From Octopus bimaculoides (Eukaryota), in assembly GCF_001194135.2 (NCBI RefSeq), contig NC_068995.1, forward strand, positions 15,470,624-15,514,960: a stretch of DNA of 44,337 nt. Direction: 5' to 3'. The notes below the pieces were generated by a model, which saw only the letters and a program-made list of their open reading frames with translations, had not been told where the DNA came from and ran no database searches. The position numbers and the translations under genes were made by a program. Positions 9,379 to 20,951 of this stretch are shown one piece after another (positions within the stretch are counted from its first letter, which is position 1; the number at the start of each line of letters is the position of its first letter).

Positions 9379-10063
9379 CTAGCAAACGCTCCCGTCCCTT
9401 GGACGGTGTAATTTATTATAATAGCGCACTACTTTGGACGGTTTAAGTTGAATTAACCCACAGTTAGAAGTCGTTTCAAGTTGATAAACGTAAAATGTAT
9501 AATTACCAATTTCGTTAACAGTTTATTATATGGTATTAAGCAACTTAGGTAATGAAGACAAATTTTTGAACACAAATTTGGCAGTTAGTAATAAACGAAA
9601 GTCCATGAAATGTGATCGCAATTGCAGTAGGCATTAGAAACCCTATATCAACCAACGTAGAACTGTCCATGGGAAAAGCATGACGTTCGAAGGTCCAATC
9701 CGACAACTTTCAGTGATTTACCTTGTGCTTTGCTAATTGTCGTGCTGAAGCTGAGTTTGAGAGGGAACTGCAGTCTCCACAGACGGTAGGGGCAGTCTGG
9801 CGGGGCTAACAGAATTTTCGGAATAAAAACGTGTCCCATGATAATTTGGGCTTCAATGACGTAGTCCATCAGTTGTTTGACCACAGGCCGAGTTCCATTG
9901 CATAGTATGGGTGCGTTCAGATTGCGTAGAAGGATGTCAGGACAACCGACTTTTAAGTGAAGTTCCTGGGGAGGGAGTCCTGGAAGATGTTGTGATTTGA
10001 GAAATTCTGTTGGCTATACGACACAATATCTGTGTAACTTTGAAAAACCATATATTTTCGAAC
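9379..10063 (-). mobile_element. Helitron remnant: PIF1-like helicase C-terminus plus intact 3' terminus
   Basis: Minus-strand translation PTEFL..LPGLPPQELHLKVG..LLRNLNAPILCNGTR.VVKQL...RLQFPLKLSFSTTISKAQGKSLKVVGLDLRTSCFSHGQFYV covers Rep/Hel helicase motifs IV-VI. A terminal hairpin CCGTCC-AAG-GGACGG (9392-9406) is followed by CTAG (9379-9382) and then T. Confidence 0.92.
9648..9884 (-). pseudogene. Helitron Rep/Hel helicase fragment (ORF track 9648-9884)
   Basis: QFP..L.F..TI.KAQG.SL..VGLDL...CFSHGQ.YV signature; premature stop, and the upstream part is frameshifted. Confidence 0.9.
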
Positions 10064-10284
10064 GGTAAGTTCAGCAACGCCACCAAGCCAAACAACTACG
10101 CTGTGTTGATAAAGAGCAATGAGCCAGAAACCGGTCCACAGATCTTGTTTTGTGCTGGATGGGAGTGCTGGATTCCCTGTTCGAAAATATAAGGACACAG
10201 ATATTGTGTCGTATAGCCAGCTCGAAACGATGTTTCCTGGGACTAAACAACAATATTGTTTAACTATCAATTAATTATATTTTT

Positions 10285-10770
10285 TCTTTCTTAGATCGAG
10301 TTCCTTGATCTGCACAGACGTTCCGCCAGTAGTCACTGTTCTCCATTGCTGACTTGAACTCGGGAACTGATAAACGCTGTCAATAACTAGATCACTAGTT
10401 TATCAACATAGGTTGTAGCCGGTTAACCTCTGCCCCCGTGGTCACGCATTGGTTCCCATAGTAACTCACTCTTGATACTTTTGTTCCCGGCCCGATAGCA
10501 GTGTCTAGCAAAATGGAGTCTCCTGACTCTGACCACTACTGATATCAGGTGAAAGTCCCTCTAGCGGTCTCTGTTGGTGACTCTCTGTTGCCGTTCGATA
10601 TTTAGTGCGTACGGAGTAAACGGGTGTAGCACCAGTCTGGTCGTTCCTGCAACGTTTTTATCAGTGTCCAAGTCTCGGATTCGTAAAATAACGCACTTAC
10701 AAACGTTTCTTTGAGTAACATGGATTTTTTCTTCTCAGGAGCGATGACTGCCAAATCCTGTCTAGTATTT
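10285..10770 (-). mobile_element. RTE-clade LINE, 3' fragment, decayed
   Basis: Minus-strand frames give FVSALFYESETWTL..LQERPDWCYTRLLR, QQRVTNRD, RVRRLHFARHCYR and ELLWEP..GRG*PATTYVDKL, typical RTE post-RT C-terminal motifs. Confidence 0.85.
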
Positions 10771-11349
10771 ATGTAGATACCAGCATACGCATATACACAC
10801 ACATGCACATGCAAACACATATGTTTTGTTCTTATGTTTGTATTTTCGAGAAAGAGCTGGTCACTTTACTGAAGAAAGAGTCTCAAAACATTGGGATGCT
10901 ATCGCTTTTCGAATTATGATGTTGCTAGTGCTAGCGATATTTGTAAATGCACTGTGATAGTGAAGGTTTTCGTTGAGATTCTAGCAGCTTAAGGCTATAT
11001 AATATCGTCTATACATAGATATATGAATATCATTCATACATACATACATACATACATACATGCGTGCGCATGTGTGTGTGTGTGTGAGTACTGTATGTAC
11101 GGATGCACACACTAAAGCGTTTCCTGCATGAACGCATGGAATGCATGCATGCCTAAGGTATACAAGTAAATGCAAATTACAAATCAGAATTTAGTATAAG
11201 TTTTAAACATAATTTATTACGAGAAACAGGTGACTTCCAGAATTTGATATAAACTTTTATGAGGGACAGCTGGAAAGAGCTTAGCCTATGTGTACCACTG
11301 CTTCAATAACATGACTTGAATTTTTTTACATTACATTCTCCATCTTAAG

Positions 11350-11470
11350 TACCTCGGTGCTGGGATCTCGATCATGAGCCGAAGTTTCGATTCGTAGGCC
11401 AAGCGATGCGTTGAGTTCTTGAGCGAAGCACTTCCTTTATCGTTGCTCTAGTCAATGAGTGCCAGCCGAA
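11350..11470 (+). mobile_element. SINE family C head/core (degenerate)
   Basis: AGTTTCGATTCG...GCGTTGAGTTCTTGAGCGAAGCACTT...GTTGCTCTAGTCA resembles 5500-5570. Confidence 0.45.
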
Positions 11471-11717
11471 ATATGGTTGAACCTTTTCTCTTTCTGTAGC
11501 TATAATATCCTGGATGTTCCGCTAGGAAAATGAATACTGGCCAAAAAGGTTACTATCTGCTCCCGCGCTATAAAAATTCATTGTTCACTATGTACCTTGC
11601 CTTCACCCACTGAGGACCTCATAGCACATCCGAGCATACAGTGGTTTATCGTAAGAGAAATATGGTTGCGTCTCACCGCTATCCTGAGTATCTTAGTATA
11701 GTTTATACTGCTGTTAA

Positions 11718-11890
11718 GGCGCGTGGCCTAGTGGTTAGGGTGTTGCATTCACGTTCGCGAAATCGTGGTTTCGCCCCTGGACCAGGTACGTTGTGTTATT
11801 GAGCAATACACTTCATTTCCTGTTGCTCCACTCAGCTGTAAACGACCAATCCTTTGACCGACTGATGTCCACTTCAGAGGGAGTGTTGTG
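11718..11890 (+). mobile_element. SINE family C-type head/core
   Basis: tRNA-like GGCGCGTGGCCTAGTGGTTAGGGTGTTGCATTCAC with A-box TGGCCTAGTGG, followed by GTTGTGTTATTGAGCAATACACTT core. Confidence 0.7.
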
Positions 11891-12199
11891 ATCTCGGTCA
11901 CTTATATGCCACTATATTTATATAGATGACCAGCCTTAGGACTTCAAGGACTCTAAGCAATAATGTCCAAATTTTACCATTTTTATTACTGTTGTAGTTG
12001 CTGTTTTCTTAAGGTCAATCGTTATTAAGGAGACCTACGATCAATGATGCTCCAGTTTTTAATATTCGGTTTATTTTGGATGGCGTTGAGGACAATGTTA
12101 TCCAATGTTCAAACGGTAGGGTATGATTTGTGGGAGATGTCGCCGATATTTCAAACAGATCTTAAAGCACCATTGCAGATGGTTCCTCATTAATTGTAC

Positions 12200-12234
12200 A
12201 GTTGCTGCTGCTGCTATTGCTGTTGTTGTAGTAA

Positions 12235-12280
<46 letters not shown>

Positions 12281-12455
12281 TGTTGTTGCTGGTGGTGTTG
12301 TTGTTGTTGTTCTTCTACTTTTTCTCCTTCTTAAGAGCCCTGATCGAGAAGCTTCGTATTCAAGTGCTTACCAGCAATGGCCATTCCATATTTTTTCCTA
12401 GGCACCCAAGGCTACAACATCAACAAAATGAATAAAAAACAAACAATCACAGCGA

Positions 12456-12517
<62 letters not shown>

Positions 12518-12650
12518 ACAACAACAACAACAACAACAGCAGTAGCAACAATTGTAACCAACCGCAACAGTAAGAACAACAAAAAGAACAGCGATAATTA
12601 TAACGGTAACAACAACAACAACAACAGTTACAACAACAATCGTACAATTT
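12200..12650. repeat. Compound (TAG)n/(TTG)n and (CAT)n/(CAA)n arrays flanking a SINE D tail fragment (12330-12400, minus)
   Basis: Directly visible. Confidence 0.9.
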
Positions 12651-12689
12651 TGTTATTTGTATCCTTCTAAAACTATGCCTTCAAAAGGG

Positions 12690-13010
12690 AACAGAAGACG
12701 TTTTATTCGGAGGGAAGTTACCAATAATATACTGACAGCCTATCCAGGAGGTAACAAAGATTTGGTGTTATATCAACTCAATGTCATAGCAACCTTGTAT
12801 TATTTGAATTATCCAACAGAATCTTGTTGTTGAGAAAGAGATTAACCTAATTATATCAAGAAAGCGGCTGGCAGGAGAAAATGTTATATGTGTTTCTGAT
12901 AGAAATTCTATCCAAGATGACGGAACTAAGAAAGAAAGAACTCTAAGTTGTCTGTTGATAGATAAGGAAGATACTAACATGAAAAATGAGAACGGTATAC
13001 GAAATATTGA
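12690..13010 (+). mobile_element. Possible highly decayed LINE reverse-transcriptase fragment
   Basis: Weak resemblance to RTE RT motifs (IQxGVxQGC.LS; ...DD.T...LL); inference only. Confidence 0.2.
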
Positions 13011-13379
13011 AAGGAGCTATATTTAGCCTGACATCATTTTCACATTTAAACGTCAGCTCCTGTATGCAGTATTTAGTGGAAGGTTAAACAAACCGACTTT
13101 ATAATGTGCGCACATGTGTATGCATGCTTGTTTATTTGCATGTATGTTCATTCATGTGTGTGTGTGTGTGTGTGTGTGTGAGCGTGGTGAACATGTGCTT
13201 GCAATTTCAAGACATGTGTTTGTGTTTTATGCATTTCTGTACATATGCATAATATGTTTTGATGTTTTGAAGTTCAGATAAACAGAGAAGTTGCCATATC
13301 CACAGAGCCAAGAGTTTACGTTTTAGCGTAAAGGCATGCAGAAATTCATTCACGCACACACATGCACCCACACGCACAC

Positions 13380-13410
<31 letters not shown>

Positions 13411-13539
13411 GAGGCACGCACGTACTCATACGCTTTAGTCAGTTATTATAGCGCAAATACATTAGCACACAGACAGATGCACAAATGTATACACCCATAA
13501 ATAATACGCATGATGCACAAAAAGGTACTTTTCAAACTG

Positions 13540-13960
13540 AGCAACTCCCTCGCTCCCTACGGAGCAGGGGCCATCGAACCCTTTTCTTCACTCTGAGCTG
13601 TCTTTTACTTGTCTCCTGTTAGATCCTTGCTATTTCGTGCAGCTTCCTTTAGAATTTTGCTGCACCATGTCATGTGTTTCCCTAAAGGAAGGCCTTCCTC
13701 TCCCTGGTCTTGTTGGTTTTGTGTGTAAATTAAACCGGGCATTCCATTCAGCCACTTTCGAACGCTTTGTCTGTTGGGGAAACCTTTGTCCTTAGATTAT
13801 ATATGCTGATTGTAGGTCTATCTGTTCATGCTGACCAGCTGCAGATGCTATGTGGTGGTCCCGTGGTCGGGGGTTTAGATCTGACCATTGACACTCTGGT
13901 GAAATTCGAACTCGGAACATTAAGAAACATCATCAGCTGCTTTAACAGTCTCTCCAATCT
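13540..13960 (-). mobile_element. RTE-clade LINE 3' end, decayed
   Basis: Minus strand gives EWNAR..., RPGRGRPS and a terminal GPCS.GSEG-like end typical of RTE ORF termini. Confidence 0.55.
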
Positions 13961-13974
13961 ACTGTTCTGAATTG

Positions 13975-14115
13975 ATACTTTATTTATTGACCGCGTAAAG
14001 ATGAAATCAAAGTGGACCTCGGCAGGATTTGAACTCAGAGCGCAGAGAGCGGGAACAAATAATGCAAGGTATTACACCTAACGCTCTTCAACGGCTCTGC
14101 TGAATCGGTGCTTTA
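13975..14115 (-). mobile_element. SINE family B fragment
   Basis: CTCTGAGTTCAAATCCTGCCGAGGTCCACTTTGATTTCATCTTT on the minus strand. Confidence 0.7.
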
Positions 14116-14169
14116 ATCGGTTACATCTCTGTTTCACCTTTAGTGGTACTGTCCCTTAGAAACTAAACT

Positions 14170-14375
14170 AGGCACCCTCTGTGTAGTCTCTCGAGTTTGC
14201 CAAAAATAGCAGCCAAATCGCTCTTAAATCACACTTTGCAATCTTAAAAAAAAGACATATTAGATAATTTAGTCCTTGATCTAAATAAAACCCGTGATGG
14301 TCACATTTCGAATGCCTTTCATGATAGGTATGCTCGACCGAGGCTAACCTTGGGCTAAAATAACTTCAACAGCAT
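14170..14375 (+). mobile_element. SINE family D 3' module
   Basis: TTGCCAAAAATAGCAGCCAAATCGCTCTTAAATCACAC...GATGGTCACATTTCGAATGCCTTTCATGATAGGTATGCTCGACCGAGGCTAACCTTGGGCTAAAATAAC. Confidence 0.7.
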
Positions 14376-14740
14376 ACCACCACCACTACCACCAAGAACA
14401 TCAACTGCAACATCAACATCATCATCACCGTCACAGTCGTCGTCGTCGTCATCGTCGTTACCATCCTCCTCCTCCTCCTCATCATCATCATCACCACCAC
14501 CACCACCACCACNNNNNNNNNNNNNNNNNNNNNNNNNNNNNNNNNNNNNNNNNNNNNNNNNNNNNNNNNNNNNNNNNNNNNNNNNNNNNNNNNNNNNNNN
14601 NNNNNNNNNNNNNNNNNNNNNNNNNNNNNNNNNNNNNNNNNNNNNNNNNNNNNNNNNNNNNNNNNNNNNNNNNNNNNNNNNNNNNNNNNNNNNNNNNNNN
14701 NNNNNNNNNNNNNNNNNNNNNNNCACCACCACCACCACCG

Positions 14741-14811
<71 letters not shown>

Positions 14812-14892
14812 GGCAACAACAACAACGACAGCATCATCAACAGCATCATCCATAACAACAAGTTACAAAAACGACAACAACAACAACAATAG
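14375..14892. repeat. Compound CAN/CNT trinucleotide array spanning a gap
   Basis: (CAC)(CAT)(CGT)(CCT)(CAG)(CAA) runs visible on both sides of the N gap. Confidence 0.95.
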
Positions 14893-15325
14893 CCACAATT
14901 ACCTTTTCTGTAAATACACTGACAGTCGCCATTATTCTCGTGGGATTATATAACTTATTACAATTTCTCAGTGTATTTATTATTCTTTCTTTTTTAATAT
15001 CTTTTTCATATATTTTCAATACATTTTGCAACATTATTTTCAATTATTATTAAAATAACATTTTCTGTGAATAACATGATAATTTCGACTTTTCCTCGCG
15101 GGATTATTTCACCTACTTGAAACATTTTGTGTAAATAGATAGATATATATGCATGCATCCATCATAACACGCATATACACAACACATATACACATATGTA
15201 GGTATATCATGTGTTCATGTACATACACACACACATACACACAGAGACTTGTATACTTACACACAAAATTATATATACATATATATGCATATTTATATAT
15301 ACAGACGTATATAGATACACACGAA

Positions 15326-15361
<36 letters not shown>

Positions 15362-16364
15362 NNNNNNNNNNNNNNNNNNNNNNNNNNNNNNNNNNNNNNN
15401 NNNNNNNNNNNNNNNNNNNNNNNNNNNNNNNNNNNNNNNNNNNNNNNNNNNNNNNNNNNNNNNNNNNNNNNNNNNNNNNNNNNNNNNNNNNNNNNNNNNN
15501 NNNNNNNNNNNNNNNNNNNNNNNNNNNNNNNNNNNNNNNNNNNNNNNNNNNNNNNNNNNNNNNNNNNNNNNNNNNNNNNNNNNNNNNNNNNNNNNNNNNN
15601 NNNNNNNNNNNNNNNNNNNNNNNNNNNNNNNNNNNNNNNNNNNNNNNNNNNNNNNNNNNNNNNNNNNNNNNNNNNNNNNNNNNNNNNNNNNNNNNNNNNN
15701 NNNNNNNNNNNNNNNNNNNNNNNNNNNNNNNNNNNNNNNNNNNNNNNNNNNNNNNNNNNNNNNNNNNNNNNNNNNNNNNNNNNNNNNNNNNNNNNNNNNN
15801 NNNNNNNNNNNNNNNNNNNNNNNNNNNNNNNNNNNNNNNNNNNNNNNNNNNNNNNNNNNNNNNNNNNNNNNNNNNNNNNNNNNNNNNNNNNNNNNNNNNN
15901 NNNNNNNNNNNNNNNNNNNNNNNNNNNNNNNNNNNNNNNNNNNNNNNNNNNNNNNNNNNNNNNNNNNNNNNNNNNNNNNNNNNNNNNNNNNNNNNNNNNN
16001 NNNNNNNNNNNNNNNNNNNNNNNNNNNNNNNNNNNNNNNNNNNNNNNNNNNNNNNNNNNNNNNNNNNNNNNNNNNNNNNNNNNNNNNNNNNNNNNNNNNN
16101 NNNNNNNNNNNNNNNNNNNNNNNNNNNNNNNNNNNNNNNNNNNNNNNNNNNNNNNNNNNNNNNNNNNNNNNNNNNNNNNNNNNNNNNNNNNNNNNNNNNN
16201 NNNNNNNNNNNNNNNNNNNNNNNNNNNNNNNNNNNNNNNNNNNNNNNNNNNNNNNNNNNNNNNNNNNNNNNNNNNNNNNNNNNNNNNNNNNNNNNNNNNN
16301 NNNNNNNNNNNNNNNNNNNNNNNNNNNNATATATATATATATATATATGAATATTCTTTTATTC

Positions 16365-16470
16365 TTTTATTGTTTTACTTGTCTCAATCATTTGACTGCA
16401 GCCATTTAAGTCGAACAAATTGACCCCAGGACATATTCTTTCTAAGCCTAGTACTTATTCTATCTTTTCT
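16365..16470 (-). mobile_element. SINE family A 3' fragment
   Basis: CAATCATTTGACTGCAGCCAT...GACCCCAGGAC.TATTCTT..TAAGCCTAGTACTTATTCTATC. Confidence 0.8.
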
Positions 16471-17070
16471 CTTTTCAAAAATAAAGTTTCTCCTAGCGTT
16501 CACTATTTTCCTCACGTTCTGGTCTAATGATCCTCCATGTTGTTTGTTTTCGTTCGGTTTCCTTGTATGTCCCCACTGTCATGTATTTGTTCACAACTTT
16601 AACCTTCCATAAATCCTAAATTTGTTTTTAGAATTTATGGGAGCAACTTTCTTTTGAAGACTCATATTGTCGTTGAATGTCGAAATGAGGAGTAGATAGA
16701 CAGCCGACAACTGATGAAGTGTCCTTTCTCTGTGTTGACTTGTCCTACTTTTCATCTTTTCTCGTCGTTTACGTATTAAACTCGTTTGTTTACGTATTTC
16801 ACGTTATTTGCACCGTTGGTAACGTCCTGTACCCATATATGCATATGTGTGTGCGTGTGTGTATGTATGTATTTATGTATGTATGTATTTATGTATGCAT
16901 GTATGCATATATGTATGTAAAACAACGAAAGACAACATCGTTGCTATCATTTGTGCGACAGTTATATGTCTTATAACGGAAGAGTTTCTGTAAAGTTATA
17001 TAAGCTTCATAAAATACTAGACAAATCTTCCTAAAATGGCGTCGTACCGCGTAAACACACACAGACATAT

Positions 17071-17072
<2 letters not shown>

Positions 17073-17138
<66 letters not shown>
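17073..17138. repeat. (TCTG)n-(TC)n microsatellite
   Basis: Directly visible. Confidence 0.97.
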
Positions 17139-17147
<9 letters not shown>

Positions 17148-17639
17148 TTCGTATTGGATGGATAATGTGATCCTAGATTCTGTCGCTGGAAAACACGGGA
17201 TGGTTGCGGCTGGAATGCTCTTGCTCTTAGGTTGTCTCCGTAAAAACTGACCTTGAAATAAACAATAATAATTACAACAACGATTACAGATTAATATGCC
17301 CCTGACGGAAATTATGAGCCACATAGGAAACTAATTATGAAGCCTCTGTAGCAAATCGCCCACTAATTTGTTGCTGTATCTCTTGTAAAGACTCTTCAAC
17401 GATATCTGTTTCTCGTAATTTGTTTACAAGGTACTTCTCCCATTCGACCCCGCGATTTACACCTACCTCTTACCTTCTACTCGCACATAATGTGAATTGA
17501 TGTTCCAGAGGATGCATCAAAACGTTCGACACTTCCTCTCTATAATGAATCCAACATGAAATCTCTCACCTATCATCGCAGAAATACCTGCTTCACCAAG
17601 CTCAGTGGATCAATAGACACAGCTGTTCTCCACCTGAAT

Positions 17640-17830
17640 GCTTCCTGTAATTAGCAACAGCGTTCGTATGTCGGACAAAAACGCTTTGCGGTTTTCACTC
17701 ATGTCTTCTTCCGTTTTGAGTTCAAATCACGCCCAGGTCGACTTTGCCTTTCATTCTTTATGGGTGGTAAAACAAAGAATCAGTCAATTTCTTGGGGTCG
17801 ACTTCCATCCTTTCGGGGTCGATAATAAAA
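17640..17830 (+). mobile_element. SINE family B
   Basis: GTCGGACAAAAACGCTTTGCGG...GAGTTCAAATCACGCCCAGGTCGACTTTGCCTTTCATTCTTT...TTTCGGGGTCGATAATAAAA. Confidence 0.75.
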
Positions 17831-18039
17831 ACTAAAAATCCATGATGATGATTTGGCGGAATTGTAAGAGTATCAGGTTAGATGCCTTGCGCTATCTGAT
17901 TCAGTTCTACATTTGGAGCCAAATTCCATCAATATCAAAAGCATACACTCGCTAAACCGCTAGCCTAGAAAGACAAGTAAGGCAAATTCTTGAAACAAAA
18001 ACTAATACCAAATATACGACAATATACAGAGTCAAGAAG

Positions 18040-18245
18040 GAGGTGAGCTGGCAGAATCGATAGCACGCTGGGGAAAATGCTTATCGGCATTTCGTCCGTC
18101 TTTATGTTCTGAGTTCAAATTCCGCCGAGGTCGACTTTACCTTTCATCCTTTCGGAGTCGATAAAGTTGAGCACTAGGGTCGATGTAATCGACTTAGCTC
18201 CTCTCCGAGAATTGTTGGCCTTGTGCCCAAATTTGAAACCAATAT
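18040..18245 (+). mobile_element. SINE family B, near full length
   Basis: GGTGAGCTGGCAGAATCGATAGCACGCTGGGGAAAATGCTT...GAGTTCAAATTCCGCCGAGGTCGAC...AAATTTGAAACCAATAT. Confidence 0.9.
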
Positions 18246-18599
18246 ACAGAGTGAAAAGAAGGGTTCTTGTAGCTGGAGAGACATGTACCCTTCTGAATGA
18301 ATAACAGCACCACTCAATCGCAGGTAGATTTATATCTCAGTTGAATTGCGCCAGTAAATCATAATCCTCTATTAAATTATCTCCTGATACTTTGTTTCCG
18401 TGCTGTAGTGCAAATCTCTCCATCTTTGGACGGTTCCAATTGCATATTAGGATTTTTTTGTGGGAAGAGGTTGCTAGTCTTTCACTCAGCCCTTGTCCAT
18501 GGGCGATGTGAATGACCCACCACCACCGCAACCATTCTTGAGGTGCAAGTTTGCCGATTTCCGAGAGCGAAACAGAGAGAGAAAAATGGCTCCCTGTTC

Positions 18600-18790
18600 T
18601 AGACTGGCATTTTACAATATTTATCGACCCTAGTCTTCTCTCGATTTTACAGTATTTATCGATCCTCAAAGAGGAAAGGCAAAAATCGACTTTGACGGGA
18701 TTTGAAATCAAAGTGCAAAGAACCAGAACAAACACTGCAAGGCATTCTATATGACACCCTAGCAAATTTGCCAATTCACTGCCGTTTATT
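18600..18790 (-). mobile_element. SINE family B (degenerate)
   Basis: Minus strand GTGAATTGGCAAATTTGCTAGGGTG..TAGAATGCCTTGCAG...GATTTCAAATCCCGTCAAAGTCGATTTTTGCC. Confidence 0.7.
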
Positions 18791-19616
18791 AAATTATACT
18801 AATATCCCATTAAACTAATTGTCCGAGAAAAACAATTATACTTATTTATAGCAATAAAATAATTGTGCACAATAACATCATTATTCCTAAAATTACGTTA
18901 CATTCCAACACCATTAAAACAAAAACAAATCTTTCTATACTCAATTTATCTAGATTGACTGAACCGTTGAAAATGAAGTTTCAAAGCCATGACCTCCATC
19001 AAGTATCGAGGTTCTACCTAAAGAAGGAATCAATATATGCTTCGGCTAATGAGTGAGTATTGTTAGATCTGCTAGAAATATCAGCCAAAATCATTTTCAA
19101 AATCTACTCTTCATCCTTAAAAGAAACTTACTGCATACTGAACTAACTGCATATTGCAACCCACAGCATGCTGTACATGAAAAGATTAGCAAAGATCTAA
19201 TGATCATACCGACAATGCATTTTGTCATGTGTTTGTACAATCAGAGCTAAACTGGAGTTAAATGATGTATGTGTTTTGTTTATTCGACGTATTTGCTGCA
19301 GTTTAGCGTTTAGGGAAAACTTCCTAATGCCAACGACCGTCGAATCACCTAAACGTCATAGACCAAGCGAGACAACTTACCTCGGATCGAAACCAAATTG
19401 GTGGATATCGATAGTTTGCCACTAGTGTGGCTTTTCAGCACCACGTACTTGAATCATTCAGCACTGAAACCGTGCTGAATGGGTATACAGAAATAGTGTC
19501 AGAACTATTTGATGATGCGCTACGGCGAAGCACATATGAAAGTAATTTAAATTACTAACTAAAAGGTACAATATACATATGTGTATCTTCCTCTCTCCCC
19601 CTTTCCCTCTTCCCCC

Positions 19617-19693
<77 letters not shown>
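19617..19693. repeat. (TATC)n microsatellite
   Basis: Directly visible. Confidence 0.97.
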
Positions 19694-20092
19694 CTTTACT
19701 TGTTTCAGTCATTTGACTGCGGCCATACTGGTTAAAGAAATCTACCCCAGGACTTATTCTTTGTAAGCCTAGTAATTATTCTATCGGTCTCTTTTGCTGA
19801 ACCGCTAGTTACGGGTACGTAAACACGCCAATATTGTTGTCAACCGATGGCGGGGTGACAAACACAGACATACAAATACATACATACATACATGCATGCA
19901 TGCATACATACATACATACATACATACATACATCATACATACATATACGACGGGCTTCTTTTAGTTTCCGTCTGCCAAATCAACTAACAAACCTCTGGTC
20001 TGACCGAGAGTATAGCAGAAGACACCTCTCGAAGGTGCCATGCAGTGGGACTGAACCCGGAACCATCTGGTTGGGAAGCAAGCTTCTTTATT
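19692..20092 (-). mobile_element. SINE family A with internal (CATA)n; head runs into gap
   Basis: Aligns to the reverse complement of 40145-40542. Confidence 0.9.
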
Positions 20093-20589
20093 NNNNNNNN
20101 NNNNNNNNNNNNNNNNNNNNNNNNNNNNNNNNNNNNNNNNNNNNNNNNNNNNNNNNNNNNNNNNNNNNNNNNNNNNNNNNNNNNNNNNNNNNNNNNNNNN
20201 NNNNNNNNNNNNNNNNNNNNNNNNNNNNNNNNNNNNNNNNNNNNNNNNNNNNNNNNNNNNNNNNNNNNNNNNNNNNNNNNNNNNNNNNNNNNNNNNNNNN
20301 NNNNNNNNNNNNNNNNNNNNNNNNNNNNNNNNNNNNNNNNNNNNNNNNNNNNNNNNNNNNNNNNNNNNNNNNNNNNNNNNNNNNNNNNNNNNNNNNNNNN
20401 NNNNNNNNNNNNNNNNNNNNNNNNNNNNNNNNNNNNNNNNNNNNNNNNNNNNNNNNNNNNNNNNNNNNNNNNNNNNNNNNNNNNNNNNNNNNNNNNNNNN
20501 NNNNNNNNNNNNNNNNNNNNNNNNNNNNNNNNNNNNNNNNNNNNNNNNNNNNNNNNNNNGTGTATGTATATATACATACATGCATATAT

Positions 20590-20951
20590 ATTCTCTTACT
20601 TGTTTCAGTCATTTGACTGTGGCCATGCTGGAACACCGCCTTTAATCGAACAGATCAGCCCAGGACTTATTCTTTGTAAGCCTAGTACTTATTCTGTCGG
20701 TCCCTTTTGCCGGGGACGTAAGCACACCAACATCGATTGTCAAGCGATAGAGTGTGAGAGATAAACTCAGACACACACAGACATCCACGCTCGCACACAT
20801 ACACACACACACACACACACATACATACATATATATATATATATATGATGGGCTTCTTTTAGTTTCCATCTACCAAATTCACTCACAAGGCTTTGGTCAG
20901 CCCGAGGCTATAGCAGAAGACACTTGCCCAAAGTACTTCGCAGTGGGACTG
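20590..20951 (-). mobile_element. SINE family A with internal (CA)n/(TA)n; head runs into gap
   Basis: Aligns to the reverse complement of 40145-40542. Confidence 0.9.

Noticed and set aside
11718-11790. tRNA-like sequences (also 5587, 37290-37355, 40145)
   Set aside because: SINE heads: they continue into SINE bodies and lack a complete cloverleaf.
16660-16760. CTGATGA with upstream GAAA (possible hammerhead ribozyme in a repeat)
   Set aside because: Stems I-III could not be built around the core; an Infernal scan would be needed to revive it.
18337-18774. 145-aa minus ORF, and a plus-strand DVND cadherin-like tetrapeptide near 18500-18520
   Set aside because: The ORF begins in a SINE and has no recognisable domain; no other cadherin motifs nearby.
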